Positions 8,818 to 19,565 of a DNA stretch of 64,000 nt are shown here, in pieces. Each line of letters opens with the position of its first letter. Position 1 is the first letter of the stretch. Both the position numbers and the translations under genes were made by a program. The stretch spans positions 2,080,001-2,144,000 of the forward strand of contig CAXXMD010000002.1 in the NCBI GenBank assembly GCA_963675755.2, given 5' to 3'. Origin of the DNA: a bacterium (GTDB lineage: Bacteria > Zhuqueibacterota > Zhuqueibacteria > Residuimicrobiales > Krinioviventaceae). The notes below the pieces were generated by a model. That model did not search any database and had not been told where the DNA came from. It saw nothing but the letters and a program-made list of their open reading frames with translations.

Positions 8818-11800
8818 TCACGGCAAAATCATCCACGACGGAGGAAACGCCTGCTTTTCATATCCCGGCCCCTCAAAATAAAAATCCATGGACTCAGAGC
8901 CAACAACCTCATAATAGAACAAGTCCAAATCATGACGACCTTTGTCCAACTGGATCTTGCCGGAATTAATACGTTTAGCATGCGCGCCTGCGTCATAAAC
9001 AATCGTCTTGCCGTCTATTTTCAACACACACCCGTCATTGGCATCACCATAAAAGGTATAAACACCGGGTGTCATAATATCAAATTTACCCTCAAAACGG
9101 ATTGCCACCTGATCACCCCGCCTGTCAATCTTGTTTACGTCAAACTGAAAAGTTTTTCCGGTAGATGCCACTGTAAACTCGTAGGTCTCGGGATCAGGAC
9201 CCAAATCGCCCCACTCTCCATGATACACAGTATACGCAATACCATTTACAGCAGGATCAATAAAACGGACATTGGCAGATGCAGGATAACTGGTTATAAA
9301 TCCCTCTTTGACCATAATCGCCTGAATGGTGCAGTTTTCTTTAATCTCTACCGGACCCGTATATTTCTCAGATTCTACAGTAGGCTCGCTTCCATCCAAT
9401 GTGTAATACACATCCGCATGATTTGTAGCCCGAATGGGTATGTATGCTGTATCATGAATGTGATACAATGTATCCACCTTGTCAATAATCGGTACAGGTA
9501 AACGGACCGGCTTTATCAACTCTGCGGCTCCCTGGGACTTGAATGTATATTTCCCTGAACCCACGTTGTAAACCGCTCTATTGTCCTCTGTTCTGACAAA
9601 TTGGGCGGCATCACTATTGACTGACACCAGCTCCTCGCTCGTTGCAGGTACATAAATTGTTGCCGTTGTATTGACAGGTATTTCTACATCCATTTTCAGG
9701 TTGCCCTTTTTATCAAGCTTCCAATGGCTTTTGATCATACCGTAAAATGTTTCTGTCCCGGCGTTCACATAGGTCAAATCCCCACAAAGAACGGGTTTGA
9801 TGATTATGTGCTTGAATCCCGGATTTTCAGGATCCGGATTAATACCTGCCGGTGCTTTAAAGAACCAACGGATTGTGCTTCCATACATAGGGTGACTGTG
9901 CGAAAGCTTGCCGTCCCAATATTCCCACAGCGTAGTAACGCCTTTGCCAAGGATATAGTGACCATAGCTGGGAAAATCATGCTGGTTCATCATCATAAAC
10001 GCAAGGTCTTCTCGACCCATTTCCGTCAGCATTTCCATTACAAGCGGCAGACCCAAAATACCGGTATCCAGATGTTCACGATTTTTAACAACATTCTCTA
10101 CCATGCTGTCAAAAACACCATCAATATTCTCTTCTTTTACCATACCAAATGCCAATGGAAACGCATCCGCGCCCTGGTAACTGGTCCAGTATTGTTGATT
10201 TTCTTCATTATAATACCGCTTGTCCAGTGCAGTTTTTATCTTTTCCATGAGGGCCAAATGTTCATCACGGTCAGCGGCTTTACCCAGCACATCCGCGGTC
10301 TGGGCCACCAGCTTTGCACAGAAATAATAATAACTGGTATTCACCAAAGGTTCCGGCAATTCCATGGGATAAGGAGTAGCCCAATCTCCCAGGCACCATG
10401 CGTTTGGTTCTTCCCGAACGACAATTCCATCCTTGTCTGTGCGAGTACCCAGGTATTCCACCCACTGCTTCATACCTTTATAATGTTTCTGCAATATCTG
10501 TGTATCACCATAATAGACATAATAGTACCAGGGAACAATTACATACGCTGAACCCCATGCAGGGCCACCGCCTCCGCCTTCATACGGAGCGGTATGTGGA
10601 ACAAATCCGGTTTTCTTGTTACGGGCATCGTCAATATCGTTTACCCATTTGTCATAAAACCGGGTCATGTCAAAATTAAAAATAGACGACTCTACCAGAA
10701 TCGATCCGTCACCAGTGTAGCCCAAACGTTCGCGGTGCGGACAATCACTGCTAAAGCTGCCATGCATATTGCCCAACTGGGTACGGATATAATTCTCATG
10801 GATCTTGTTAAACAGCTCGTTCGAGCAGTTGAAATAACCTACTGTATCCATAACAGTATTTACAACCCGCCCGCTGATGCTGTTTAGGTCGAGTGGAACG
10901 GACGATCCCCGGATCTCAACAGTCCTGAACGCATGCCAGGTAAAACTGGGTTCCCAGGTTTCCTGCCCGCCTTTACACATATACTGATCACCCTGGCTGT
11001 AATCGCTGCCCAGTTCTTCGATAAAACGCAAATGCAATGTATCTCCGCGATTACCGTTAATGTTCAATTTTACCCAACCCGAGAACATGTGTCCAAAGTC
11101 ATAGACATAAACATTATCTTCCGTATGTCTTACCGCAACCGGTTTTACGGTATTGATAATACCGTCCCTTGGCGCAAGCTGGGGCTGCAGTTTGCCATCC
11201 GGTGCTTTTAATAGATTGGCCTGCTGCCAACCCGATGCATCGTATCCCGCTGAACTCCAGCCGGGCATTTCCATACGGGCATCATAGTATTCACCGGAGA
11301 ATAGTCCGTTATGACGAATGGGTCCCTCTGTGGTAAATTTCCACGTATCATCACTCACTACCCGTTGACGTTCACCATCGGCATAATCAATTTCGATCTG
11401 CATGATAAATCGTGGTGTATTGTACCACATTCTGCCCTCGGCACCCCGGTCACGTTGATTATACCAGCCATTGCCAAGAACAATTCCCACAGCATTGGCG
11501 CCCTGCTCAAGCTGACTGGTTATATCATATATATTGTAGAAAACCCGTGTAGAGGATTGATCATCGTAATGATAGATCAAACCCGAAAGATTGCGTTTTT
11601 CATAATTGGTCTGCGCGGGGACCAGTTCGTCATTACCGGTCTCGCTTCCGTTCAAAAACATTTCATAATATCCCAAACCCGTAACATAAACCCGAGCTTT
11701 TTTAATGGGCTTGTTAATAGTAAATTCTTTGCGGAACCACGGGGCCGGGCCGGTTTTCTTCTCGACAGGTTCTTTGATTTCCGATACCCCCACCCATTTT

Positions 11801-12237
11801 GCCTGCCAGTCAGCAGGGTTTATCAGGGCCATCTCCCATTTAGCGGTTTCACTCCATTCAGATTCTGCACCCTGCTCGTCCCACACCTGTACTTTCCAGA
11901 ATACCTGTTGGCGTGAATTCAATTCTTTACCACCCCAGGGAATGTTTACGGATTGGTCCGAATCCACCTTACCGCTGTCCCACAAATCCGCGGAACCTTC
12001 TGTTAACAGATCAGGACTGCTTGCCGCCAGGATATGATATGCGGTCTGGATGCGATTGTACCCGCCTGCTGCCAGTTTCCAGCTTAATCGGGGAGTAGCG
12101 CTGTCAATCCCCAACGGATCGCTTATATATTCGCAACGCAGATCGTTGACCTGCATGGATTTATTCATGGATTGACAACCGGAAAATAAAAATACCAACA
12201 TCAGTACAAACAGCAAGACAGGAATGGTCTTTTTCAT
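8818..12237 (-). CDS. GH78 alpha-L-rhamnosidase-family lipoprotein 2
   Basis: Same motifs as paralog 1. Start moved to MKKTIPV at 12237 because it matches the paralog 3 N-terminus and RBS. Lipobox FSGC. Confidence 0.92.
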   Translation of the reverse strand: MKKTIPVLLFVLMLVFLFSGCQSMNKSMQVNDLRCEYISDPLGIDSATPRLSWKLAAGGYNRIQTAYHILAASSPDLLTEGSADLWDSGKVDSDQSVNIPWGGKELNSRQQVFWKVQVWDEQGAESEWSETAKWEMALINPADWQAKWVGVSEIKEPVEKKTGPAPWFRKEFTINKPIKKARVYVTGLGYYEMFLNGSETGNDELVPAQTNYEKRNLSGLIYHYDDQSSTRVFYNIYDITSQLEQGANAVGIVLGNGWYNQRDRGAEGRMWYNTPRFIMQIEIDYADGERQRVVSDDTWKFTTEGPIRHNGLFSGEYYDARMEMPGWSSAGYDASGWQQANLLKAPDGKLQPQLAPRDGIINTVKPVAVRHTEDNVYVYDFGHMFSGWVKLNINGNRGDTLHLRFIEELGSDYSQGDQYMCKGGQETWEPSFTWHAFRTVEIRGSSVPLDLNSISGRVVNTVMDTVGYFNCSNELFNKIHENYIRTQLGNMHGSFSSDCPHRERLGYTGDGSILVESSIFNFDMTRFYDKWVNDIDDARNKKTGFVPHTAPYEGGGGGPAWGSAYVIVPWYYYVYYGDTQILQKHYKGMKQWVEYLGTRTDKDGIVVREEPNAWCLGDWATPYPMELPEPLVNTSYYYFCAKLVAQTADVLGKAADRDEHLALMEKIKTALDKRYYNEENQQYWTSYQGADAFPLAFGMVKEENIDGVFDSMVENVVKNREHLDTGILGLPLVMEMLTEMGREDLAFMMMNQHDFPSYGHYILGKGVTTLWEYWDGKLSHSHPMYGSTIRWFFKAPAGINPDPENPGFKHIIIKPVLCGDLTYVNAGTETFYGMIKSHWKLDKKGNLKMDVEIPVNTTATIYVPATSEELVSVNSDAAQFVRTEDNRAVYNVGSGKYTFKSQGAAELIKPVRLPVPIIDKVDTLYHIHDTAYIPIRATNHADVYYTLDGSEPTVESEKYTGPVEIKENCTIQAIMVKEGFITSYPASANVRFIDPAVNGIAYTVYHGEWGDLGPDPETYEFTVASTGKTFQFDVNKIDRRGDQVAIRFEGKFDIMTPGVYTFYGDANDGCVLKIDGKTIVYDAGAHAKRINSGKIQLDKGRHDLDLFYYEVVGSESMDFYFEGPGYEKQAFPPSWMILP

Positions 12238-12327
12238 AGAGTCCCTCAAAATTTTAACAGAAAAGTGTATTTTTAATAAAATCAATTTTTACAAATTAAG
12301 CAAAGGTAATAATTCAACAATCTGGTT

Positions 12328-12450
12328 CTCAGTACCTGGTCATCAGTTTTCAGTAAAGGCTCAAGATATGGGTCTATTACAATAGTAATATATCTAATAA
12401 AGATAGTTTTTTTCTGACTACTGACTACTGACTACTGATAACTGATTACT
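12328..12450. repeat. Opposed 7-nt-period arrays (nnnCAGT units at about 12328-12354; CTGAnnA units at 12414-12450)
   Basis: ctcagt acctggt catcagt tttcagt ... ctgacta ctgacta ctgacta ctgataa ctgatta ct. Confidence 0.75.
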
Positions 12451-12461
12451 TTTCCCATCTA

Positions 12462-15400
12462 TTATTTCCCGTCTCCGGGAATTGTCATCCACTCTGGTGG
12501 GAACATTTGCTTTTCAAATCCCGGACCTTTGAAATTAAAATCCATACTTTCAGAACCGGTTACTTCATAATAAAACAAGTCCAAATCATGACGGCCGGCT
12601 TTTAGGTCTATTTCATCAAATTCTTTACGTGCAGCATAAGCACCCGCATCATATACCACCGTTTTTCCATCGATTTTCAGTACACAACCATCGTTGGCAT
12701 TCGCATAAAAAGTATATTTACCCGGTGTTTTTATATCAAATGAACCCTCAAAGCGGATAGCCACATAATCACCGCGCCTCTCAATCTTGTTCACATCAAA
12801 TTCAAAGGTCTTGCCGGTAGATGCCACTTTGTATTTATCAGATTCCGGATCAGGACCCAAATCGCTCCATTCTCCCTCATAAACCGTATAAGCAATTCCA
12901 TTTACAGCAGGATCAATAAATCGGACCTTGTCGGCTCTATCATAACTGTTTATAAATCCATCTTTAATAGCAACCGCCCGGATTATTGTATTGTCTTTAA
13001 TTTCTAAAGGTCCGGTATATTTAATGGAATTCCCGTCAGGTATGCTGCCATCAAGAGTATAATAGATATCTGCATTATTACTGGCAGAAATCTCTATATT
13101 CGCTGTATTGGGTTTAAAGTAAAGCGTATCCACATTTGTTATAATAGGAGTGGGCAAATGTACGGGCTTCATCAATTTCGCTGCTCCCTGGGACTTGAAT
13201 GTATATACCCCTGATCCCACCTTGTAAACCGCTTTATTGTCCTCAATTCTGACAAATTGGGCGACCTCACTATTGACTGACACCAGCTCCTCGCTCGTTG
13301 CAGGTACGTAAACAGTTGCTGTTGTATTGACAGGTATTTCCACATCCATTTTCAGGTTGCCATTTTTATCGAGTTTCCAATTGCTCTTGATTAGGCCGTA
13401 AAACGATTCGGTCTGTGTATTCACAAAAGTCAAATCACCACACAGTATGGGTTTGATGATGATGTGCTTGAATCCAGGATTGGCAGTATCAGGATTAATA
13501 CCCCCAAGCCCTTTATAAAACCATCGTATCACACTGCCAAACATGGGGTGACTGTGAGAACTTTTACCACTAAATTCTTCCCACAAGGTGGTTACCCCTT
13601 TACCCAGTATATAATTACCAAAACTCGGAAAATCACGCTGGTTCATCATCATAAACGCAAGATCTTCACGTCCCATATCTGTTAATACTTCCAGTACAAG
13701 CGGTGTACCCAAAATACCGGTATCCAGATGCTCACGGTTCTTGACAATATTTTCAACCATGCTGTCGAAAACACCATCAATATTCTCATTTTTAACCATA
13801 CCAAATGCCAATGGAAAAACATCCGCGCCCTGATAACTGGTCCAGTATTGTTGATTTTTTTCATTGTAATAGCGTTTATCCATTGCAGATTGAATTTCAT
13901 CCAATAGTGCCGAATAATGGTCTCTGTCTTTAGGTTTGTCAAGAACATCGGCAATCTGTGCAACCAGTTTTGCGCAATAATAATAATAACCGGTATTCAC
14001 CAATGGTTCGGGCAGTTCTATCGCCTCGGGAGTAACCCAATCACCCAGGCACCATCCGTTTGGTTCTTCACGCACCACAATGCCTTCCTTGTCTGTGCGT
14101 GTCCCCAAATAGTCCACCCATTGTTTCATACCTTCGTAATGCTGCTGCAATATTTGTGTATCGCCATAATAAACATAATAAAACCAGGGAACAATCACAT
14201 ATGCCGAACCCCATGCAGGTCCACCGCCTCCACCTTCGTACGGAGCGGTATGCGGAACAAATCCGGTTTTCTTGTTACGGGCATCATCAATATCATTTAC
14301 CCATTTGTCATAAAACCGGGTCATGTCAAAATTAAATATAGATGATTCAACCAAAAGTGATCCGTCACCGGTGTACCCCAGACGTTCACGGTGCGGACAA
14401 TCACTGCTAAAGCTGCCATGCATGTTGCCCAACTGGGTACGAATATAGTTATCGTGTATTTTATTAAACAGCTCGTTCGAGCAGTTGAAATAACCTACTG
14501 TATCCATAACGGTATTTACAACCCGCCCGCTGATGCTGTTTAGGTCGAGTGGAACGGACGATCCCCGGATCTCTACCGTCCTGAACGCATGCCAGGTAAA
14601 GCTGGGCTCCCAACTCTCGCTGCCACCCTTGCATATATACTGATCAGCCTGATTGTAATCGCTGCCCAGTTCTTCGATAAAACGCAAATGCAATGTATCT
14701 CCACGATTCCCGTTTATGTTCAACTTTACCCATCCCGAGAACATGAGTCCAAAGTCATAGACATAAACATTATCTTTTGTATGTTTGACGGATACCGGTT
14801 TTATCGTATCAATAATGCCGTCTCTTGGCGCAAGTTGAGGATACAGCTTGCCATCCGGTGCTTTTAACAGATTGGCCTGCTGCCAGCCAGACGCGTCAAA
14901 ATCCGCAGTGCTCCAGCCGGGCATTTCCATGCGGGCATCATAATGCTCGCCGGTGAATAGTCCATCATGACGAATGGGCCCCTCTGTGGTATACTGCCAG
15001 GAACGATCACCAACCAGAGTTTGACGTTCACCATCCTTATATTCGATCTCCAACTGTAGAAAAAATCTCGGTGTATTGAACCACATACGTCCTTCAGATA
15101 CCCGATCACGTTGATTGTACCAGCCATTGCCCAGCACAATTCCAGCCGCATTCTTGCCCTGTACGAGCTGGCTGGTTACATCATAAATATTGTACAATAC
15201 CCGGGTAGTAGATTGATCATCATAATCATAAATCAGTTTTGTCAAATCTCGCTTTTCATAATTAGTTTGCGCGGGGACCAGTTCGTCATTACCGGTTTTG
15301 CTGCCATTCAAAAACAATTCATAATATCCCAAACCGGTAACATAGACGCGGGCTTGTTTAACGGATTTGTTAATTGTAAATTCTTTACGAAACCATGGGG

Positions 15401-15893
15401 CAGGACCGGTTTTCATCTCGGCAGGTTCCTTGCTTTCCTCTACACCCACCCATTTGGCTTGCCATTCTTCCGCATTTAATAACGCCATCTCCCATTTGGC
15501 GGTTTCACTCCATTTAGACTCTGCTCCCTGCTCGTCCCACACCTGTACTTTCCAGAACACTTGTTGGCGTGAATTCAATTCTTTACCGCCCCAGGGAATG
15601 TTTACGGACTGGTCCGAATCCACCTTGCCGCTGTCCCACAAATCTGCAGAACCCTCAGATAACAAATCAGGACTGCTTGCCGCCAGGATATGATATGCGG
15701 ACTGGCTGCGATTATACCCGCCTGCTGCCAGTTTCCAGCTTAATCGGGGAGTAGTGCTGTCAATACCCAACGGATTGCCTATATATTCGCATCGCAGATC
15801 GTTAACTCGCATAGATTTGTTCATAGACTGACAACCGGAAAATAAAAATACCAACATCAGTACAAACAGCAAGACAGGAATGGTCTTTTTCAT
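12462..15893 (-). CDS. GH78 alpha-L-rhamnosidase-family lipoprotein 3
   Basis: SDCPHRERLGYTGD, TTLWEE, SHSHPMFG and a PA14 tail. Highly similar to paralog 2. Confidence 0.92.
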   Translation of the reverse strand: MKKTIPVLLFVLMLVFLFSGCQSMNKSMRVNDLRCEYIGNPLGIDSTTPRLSWKLAAGGYNRSQSAYHILAASSPDLLSEGSADLWDSGKVDSDQSVNIPWGGKELNSRQQVFWKVQVWDEQGAESKWSETAKWEMALLNAEEWQAKWVGVEESKEPAEMKTGPAPWFRKEFTINKSVKQARVYVTGLGYYELFLNGSKTGNDELVPAQTNYEKRDLTKLIYDYDDQSTTRVLYNIYDVTSQLVQGKNAAGIVLGNGWYNQRDRVSEGRMWFNTPRFFLQLEIEYKDGERQTLVGDRSWQYTTEGPIRHDGLFTGEHYDARMEMPGWSTADFDASGWQQANLLKAPDGKLYPQLAPRDGIIDTIKPVSVKHTKDNVYVYDFGLMFSGWVKLNINGNRGDTLHLRFIEELGSDYNQADQYICKGGSESWEPSFTWHAFRTVEIRGSSVPLDLNSISGRVVNTVMDTVGYFNCSNELFNKIHDNYIRTQLGNMHGSFSSDCPHRERLGYTGDGSLLVESSIFNFDMTRFYDKWVNDIDDARNKKTGFVPHTAPYEGGGGGPAWGSAYVIVPWFYYVYYGDTQILQQHYEGMKQWVDYLGTRTDKEGIVVREEPNGWCLGDWVTPEAIELPEPLVNTGYYYYCAKLVAQIADVLDKPKDRDHYSALLDEIQSAMDKRYYNEKNQQYWTSYQGADVFPLAFGMVKNENIDGVFDSMVENIVKNREHLDTGILGTPLVLEVLTDMGREDLAFMMMNQRDFPSFGNYILGKGVTTLWEEFSGKSSHSHPMFGSVIRWFYKGLGGINPDTANPGFKHIIIKPILCGDLTFVNTQTESFYGLIKSNWKLDKNGNLKMDVEIPVNTTATVYVPATSEELVSVNSEVAQFVRIEDNKAVYKVGSGVYTFKSQGAAKLMKPVHLPTPIITNVDTLYFKPNTANIEISASNNADIYYTLDGSIPDGNSIKYTGPLEIKDNTIIRAVAIKDGFINSYDRADKVRFIDPAVNGIAYTVYEGEWSDLGPDPESDKYKVASTGKTFEFDVNKIERRGDYVAIRFEGSFDIKTPGKYTFYANANDGCVLKIDGKTVVYDAGAYAARKEFDEIDLKAGRHDLDLFYYEVTGSESMDFNFKGPGFEKQMFPPEWMTIPGDGK

Positions 15894-16007
15894 AGAGTCC
15901 CTTAATTTTTTACAGGTGAGTGTTTTTTTTAGAATAAAACCAATTTTTACGATTTTTGCAAGATATAAAATTTAATATAGGATAGGTTGTTTTTATATTG
16001 TGGTTTA

Positions 16008-16610
16008 TTAAGATTGAAGTAAAAAATATAATGGTTTATAACTTACAAATCGAAAAAAATGATTTCCATAAGATAATCTTTTTATATCTCTAATTACATC
16101 CATAATCATATCTAGGCTATAATAATTATTATATTTCAAAACATAATCTTTTAATAAAATAGGATCAAAAATAAGATTATCATCAAAATAATCAGCAATT
16201 AATTTTTTTCTATCTATCTTGATAAATTTATCAGTTTTACTATTTAATTTTATCCAAATGCAATCAGGGCTATTAGCTAATTCCTTAAAATTATTAGCTA
16301 AAGGACAACCAGCAACCATAGGGAAACCGTACTCTTCAGCAATTTGAGCTGACTCAACTATCTCTTCATTAATCTTAATTAAAATTTCATTATAATTATG
16401 CTTATTTACTTTCGGCCGCCTTGGGAATAAACCTAAAAGCATATATCTTTCATTTGCATGAATTACCTTTGAAATATTACTTCCTTCACGATTTAACCAA
16501 GGAAAAATTGGACAAATTACATTAAAATCAGACCTTAAAATTTCCTTAATTTTAAACACTATTGGGAATTCAGCAGAGTGTTCAGAAATAAAGCTTGTGT
16601 ATTGTTGCAT
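16008..16610 (-). CDS. Hypothetical protein (AT-rich)
   Basis: 200-aa ORF in very AT-rich DNA, where such a length is unlikely by chance. No motif recognised. Confidence 0.7.
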   Translation of the reverse strand: MQQYTSFISEHSAEFPIVFKIKEILRSDFNVICPIFPWLNREGSNISKVIHANERYMLLGLFPRRPKVNKHNYNEILIKINEEIVESAQIAEEYGFPMVAGCPLANNFKELANSPDCIWIKLNSKTDKFIKIDRKKLIADYFDDNLIFDPILLKDYVLKYNNYYSLDMIMDVIRDIKRLSYGNHFFRFVSYKPLYFLLQS

Positions 16611-16640
16611 ATTAATCCAGTAAAATTTTATTTAAAAAAT

Positions 16641-17369
16641 TCATTCTCTCTCAACAATCCAAAATGTTAAATATAATTCTTCCCCATGAATCATATTAGG
16701 ACGTATCTCAATATATTCTTCAGTATTCTTTTCAATATCAAAAGTAAGGGCTCCAGCAGTCGTTTGTATCATTACAATTGGTGGTTTTTTAAATTTAGGT
16801 AAATTTGATGAATTAATTGGTTTTAAGTTTTTATAATCGTAATGTGAAGTACTATCTTCATTAACTAGTTTAATATCAGGTACAATATATATTTTTAAAA
16901 TTGTCTCTATATTCATCATACGTTCACTAAGTAAATTATCTAATTTATCATATTTTCCAATCAATTGCATTGTCGAATTTTCAAGATTATATAAATTATT
17001 TTGAATATTATTAATTGCATTTGAACTTTCTTTATAAGATAAATTAAGTAATTCAGCTTGTCCTTTTAGGTTTCCCAGATCATCCTTTACATCAGACAAA
17101 ATCTCACTTTTCAGCTCTCCAACTATTTGGGTTTTAACATTCCAACCAAGTGTAGTTATGGCAACACCTACAACCCAAAGAGTTGTAATCACAAGTTGAA
17201 ATTTAAAATTTAAATCCAAATAATTAGCATTCAAATCACTATTATGATTATTTTTAATTCTAGCTTGTTTGAACATATATATCAATATTAATATATTAGC
17301 TATGAAAATTGAAACTAGAAGAATTATTGAAATTGTTAGTAAATTATTTTGCATTATCCCCAATCTCAT
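16641..17369 (-). CDS. Hypothetical membrane protein (2 TM plus predicted coiled coil, AT-rich)
   Basis: 242-aa ORF with two hydrophobic segments followed by a heptad-like region. Confidence 0.72.
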   Translation of the reverse strand: MRLGIMQNNLLTISIILLVSIFIANILILIYMFKQARIKNNHNSDLNANYLDLNFKFQLVITTLWVVGVAITTLGWNVKTQIVGELKSEILSDVKDDLGNLKGQAELLNLSYKESSNAINNIQNNLYNLENSTMQLIGKYDKLDNLLSERMMNIETILKIYIVPDIKLVNEDSTSHYDYKNLKPINSSNLPKFKKPPIVMIQTTAGALTFDIEKNTEEYIEIRPNMIHGEELYLTFWIVERE

Positions 17370-17609
17370 TTACATTTTTCACAGTATTTAATACTACAAC
17401 ATTTATAGGATTATATGGAAAAATACACCCATATCAATAAATACTATTTTAAATTCATATGCAAGTAAATAATTTTGATTTAGTTAAAAAACCCAAGATT
17501 TGTCAAAAATGCAATTCAATAATTATAAAGCTTACAAACCACATCTAGCTTTGAATTTATCTCATACCGCCCTTACAGTCTTACCAACAAACAACTGACT
17601 ACTTTTCTC

Positions 17610-17658
17610 CGTCTTACATTTCACGTTTGCCGTTTGCCATTTATCGTCTGCCGTTTCC
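17610..17658 (+). repeat. 7-nt-period array (CRTYTnn x7)
   Basis: cgtctta catttca cgtttgc cgtttgc catttat cgtctgc cgtttcc. Confidence 0.85.
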
Positions 17659-17661
17659 CCC

Positions 17662-17690
17662 TTGCCTTTTATATTTTTTATACTTACCAT
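17662..17690 (+). promoter_or_regulatory. Putative sigma70 promoter of the lactate permease
   Basis: TTGCCT-17 bp-TACCAT, 45 bp upstream of the ATG. Confidence 0.55.
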
Positions 17691-17735
17691 ATCCTACTCA
17701 TCATAAAACATCACAATACAGGAATACACCCGATT

Positions 17736-19391
17736 ATGTTTTACGCATTCTTAGCTGTGCTCCCGATTTTGACCGCCGCGGTCCTGCTGGTCGGATTTCG
17801 TTTACCCGCCAAATACGCCATGCCCATCGTATTCATTATCGCCATTGCCGTTTCCATGCTGTTCTGGCATGTACAATGGATTGTTGTACTTGCTTCCAGT
17901 ATACAGGGATTGTTTATCACCTTTGACATTCTCTATATCATTTTTGGGGCAATCCTGTTGTTAAATACGCTAAAATATTCAGGGGCTATATCCGCAATCC
18001 GCGCGGGATTCTCTCACATCAGCGATGACCGGCGCGTTCAGGTAATTATTATCGCCTGGCTGTTTGGTTCGTTTATAGAAGGTGCATCAGGCTTTGGTAC
18101 ACCCGCTGCTATTGCAGCCCCTCTGCTGGTCGCACTCGGCTTCCCGGCCATGGCCGCAGTCATGATAGGCATGATGATACAAAGCACCGCCGTTACATTC
18201 GGTGCCGTGGGTACCCCCATCCTCATTGGCGTTAATGGCGGACTAGAAAATCCTGAACTCCTGGCCCAACTAGCCGCATCCGGTCATAATATGCAATGGC
18301 TGCTGCTCAATATCACTACCTATTCAGCAATTTTTCATGCCATCACCGGCACACTGATCCCTCTGCTCATGGTTGTCATGATGACACGTTTTTTCGGAGA
18401 GAACCGCTCCTGGAAAGAAGGTTTATCCATCACCCCGTTTGCAATTTTAAGCGGACTGGCATTTACTGTCCCCTATGTTCTTACCGGCGTGTTATTGGGA
18501 CCCGAGTTCCCCTCGCTTTTAGGCGCATTGATAGGATTGCCTCTGGTCACCTGGCTTGCACATAAAAAAATCCTGATTCCGCAAGACAAATGGGATTTCC
18601 CCAAATCCAACACCTGGCCTGCAGAATGGCTGGGCAAGATAGAGATCAAACCCGAAACCAATCCATCCAACAAAATTTCCTTTGCCGCTGCCTGGGTGCC
18701 CTATTTATTTGTAGCATTATTTCTGGTATTGACCCGCCTGCCTCGTCTCGGTATAGGCGCCTTTTTGAAAACCGCTGCCATCAAATGGACACACATTTTG
18801 GGAACGCCTGTAACCGCAGCATCCACCCCCCTGTATCTGCCGGGTTCCATCTTGTTGCTCGTGGTATTGATCACCGTATTCCTGCACCGCATGGATTTCA
18901 AAGCATTAAAGTCTGCGGTAACCGATTCAGTTAAAATCCTGTTCAGCGCAGGATTCGTCCTCGTATTTACCGTCCCCATGGTACGGCTCTATATCAATTC
19001 TGGAATCAACCCGGTAGACATGTCCAGCATGCCCGTTACCATGGCGCAATGGGTAGCGGATTCGGTGGGAGGCATTTGGCCCTTTTTCGCCCCGACCATT
19101 GGCGCTCTTGGAGCATTCATTGCCGGCAGCAATACCATCAGTAATCTCATGTTCAGCCTGTTCCAGTATAGTGTAGCAGAACGACTCCTGATCTCCGGCA
19201 CCATTACTGTTGCATTGCAGGCCGTAGGTGCCGCAGCCGGTAACATGATCGCCATTCACAACGTAGTAGCCGCATCAGCGACTGTGGGACTCCTGGGCAA
19301 AGAAGGCGCAGTCCTAAGAAAAACCATCATCCCCACTCTGTATTACCTCACAGTAGTAGGCTTGCTGGGATTGATCGCTGTTTATTTATAG
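17736..19391 (+). CDS. lctP: L-lactate permease (LctP family)
   Basis: [49 protein letters not shown]. Start placed at ATG 17736 after AGGA. Confidence 0.93.
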   Translation: MFYAFLAVLPILTAAVLLVGFRLPAKYAMPIVFIIAIAVSMLFWHVQWIVVLASSIQGLFITFDILYIIFGAILLLNTLKYSGAISAIRAGFSHISDDRRVQVIIIAWLFGSFIEGASGFGTPAAIAAPLLVALGFPAMAAVMIGMMIQSTAVTFGAVGTPILIGVNGGLENPELLAQLAASGHNMQWLLLNITTYSAIFHAITGTLIPLLMVVMMTRFFGENRSWKEGLSITPFAILSGLAFTVPYVLTGVLLGPEFPSLLGALIGLPLVTWLAHKKILIPQDKWDFPKSNTWPAEWLGKIEIKPETNPSNKISFAAAWVPYLFVALFLVLTRLPRLGIGAFLKTAAIKWTHILGTPVTAASTPLYLPGSILLLVVLITVFLHRMDFKALKSAVTDSVKILFSAGFVLVFTVPMVRLYINSGINPVDMSSMPVTMAQWVADSVGGIWPFFAPTIGALGAFIAGSNTISNLMFSLFQYSVAERLLISGTITVALQAVGAAAGNMIAIHNVVAASATVGLLGKEGAVLRKTIIPTLYYLTVVGLLGLIAVYL

Positions 19392-19409
19392 ATTATATCA
19401 ATTATTTAA

Positions 19410-19440
19410 TGTAGGGACCGATCTGAGACCGGTCCCTACA
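19410..19440. repeat. GTAG-type REP-like palindrome (may also terminate lctP)
   Basis: GTAGGGACCG-ATCTGAGAC-CGGTCCCTAC. A related copy lies at 21308-21336. Confidence 0.75.
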
Positions 19441-19457
19441 AATCCCCAATTCCTCAC

Positions 19458-19512
19458 TTGATCGCGATGCAGATTCCTGCATCGCGGAATATACACATGG
19501 GACATTCGTCCC
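19458..19512 (+). repeat. Family A copy 3
   Basis: TTGATC-GCGATGCAG-ATTC-CTGCATCGC-GGAATAT-ACACAT-GGGACATTCGTCCC. Confidence 0.92.
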
Positions 19513-19565
19513 AAATCATGATCTAACACATTCACCTATGGAATATATAACAGCTTGTAGCTTTC

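Noticed and set aside
17394-17421. dif/pdif-like site (minus strand TTTCCATATAA-TCCTAT-AAATGTTGTAG) at the islet edge
   Set aside because: The XerD-like arm lacks the inner TTAT, the context is AT-rich, and no partner site was found at the other side.
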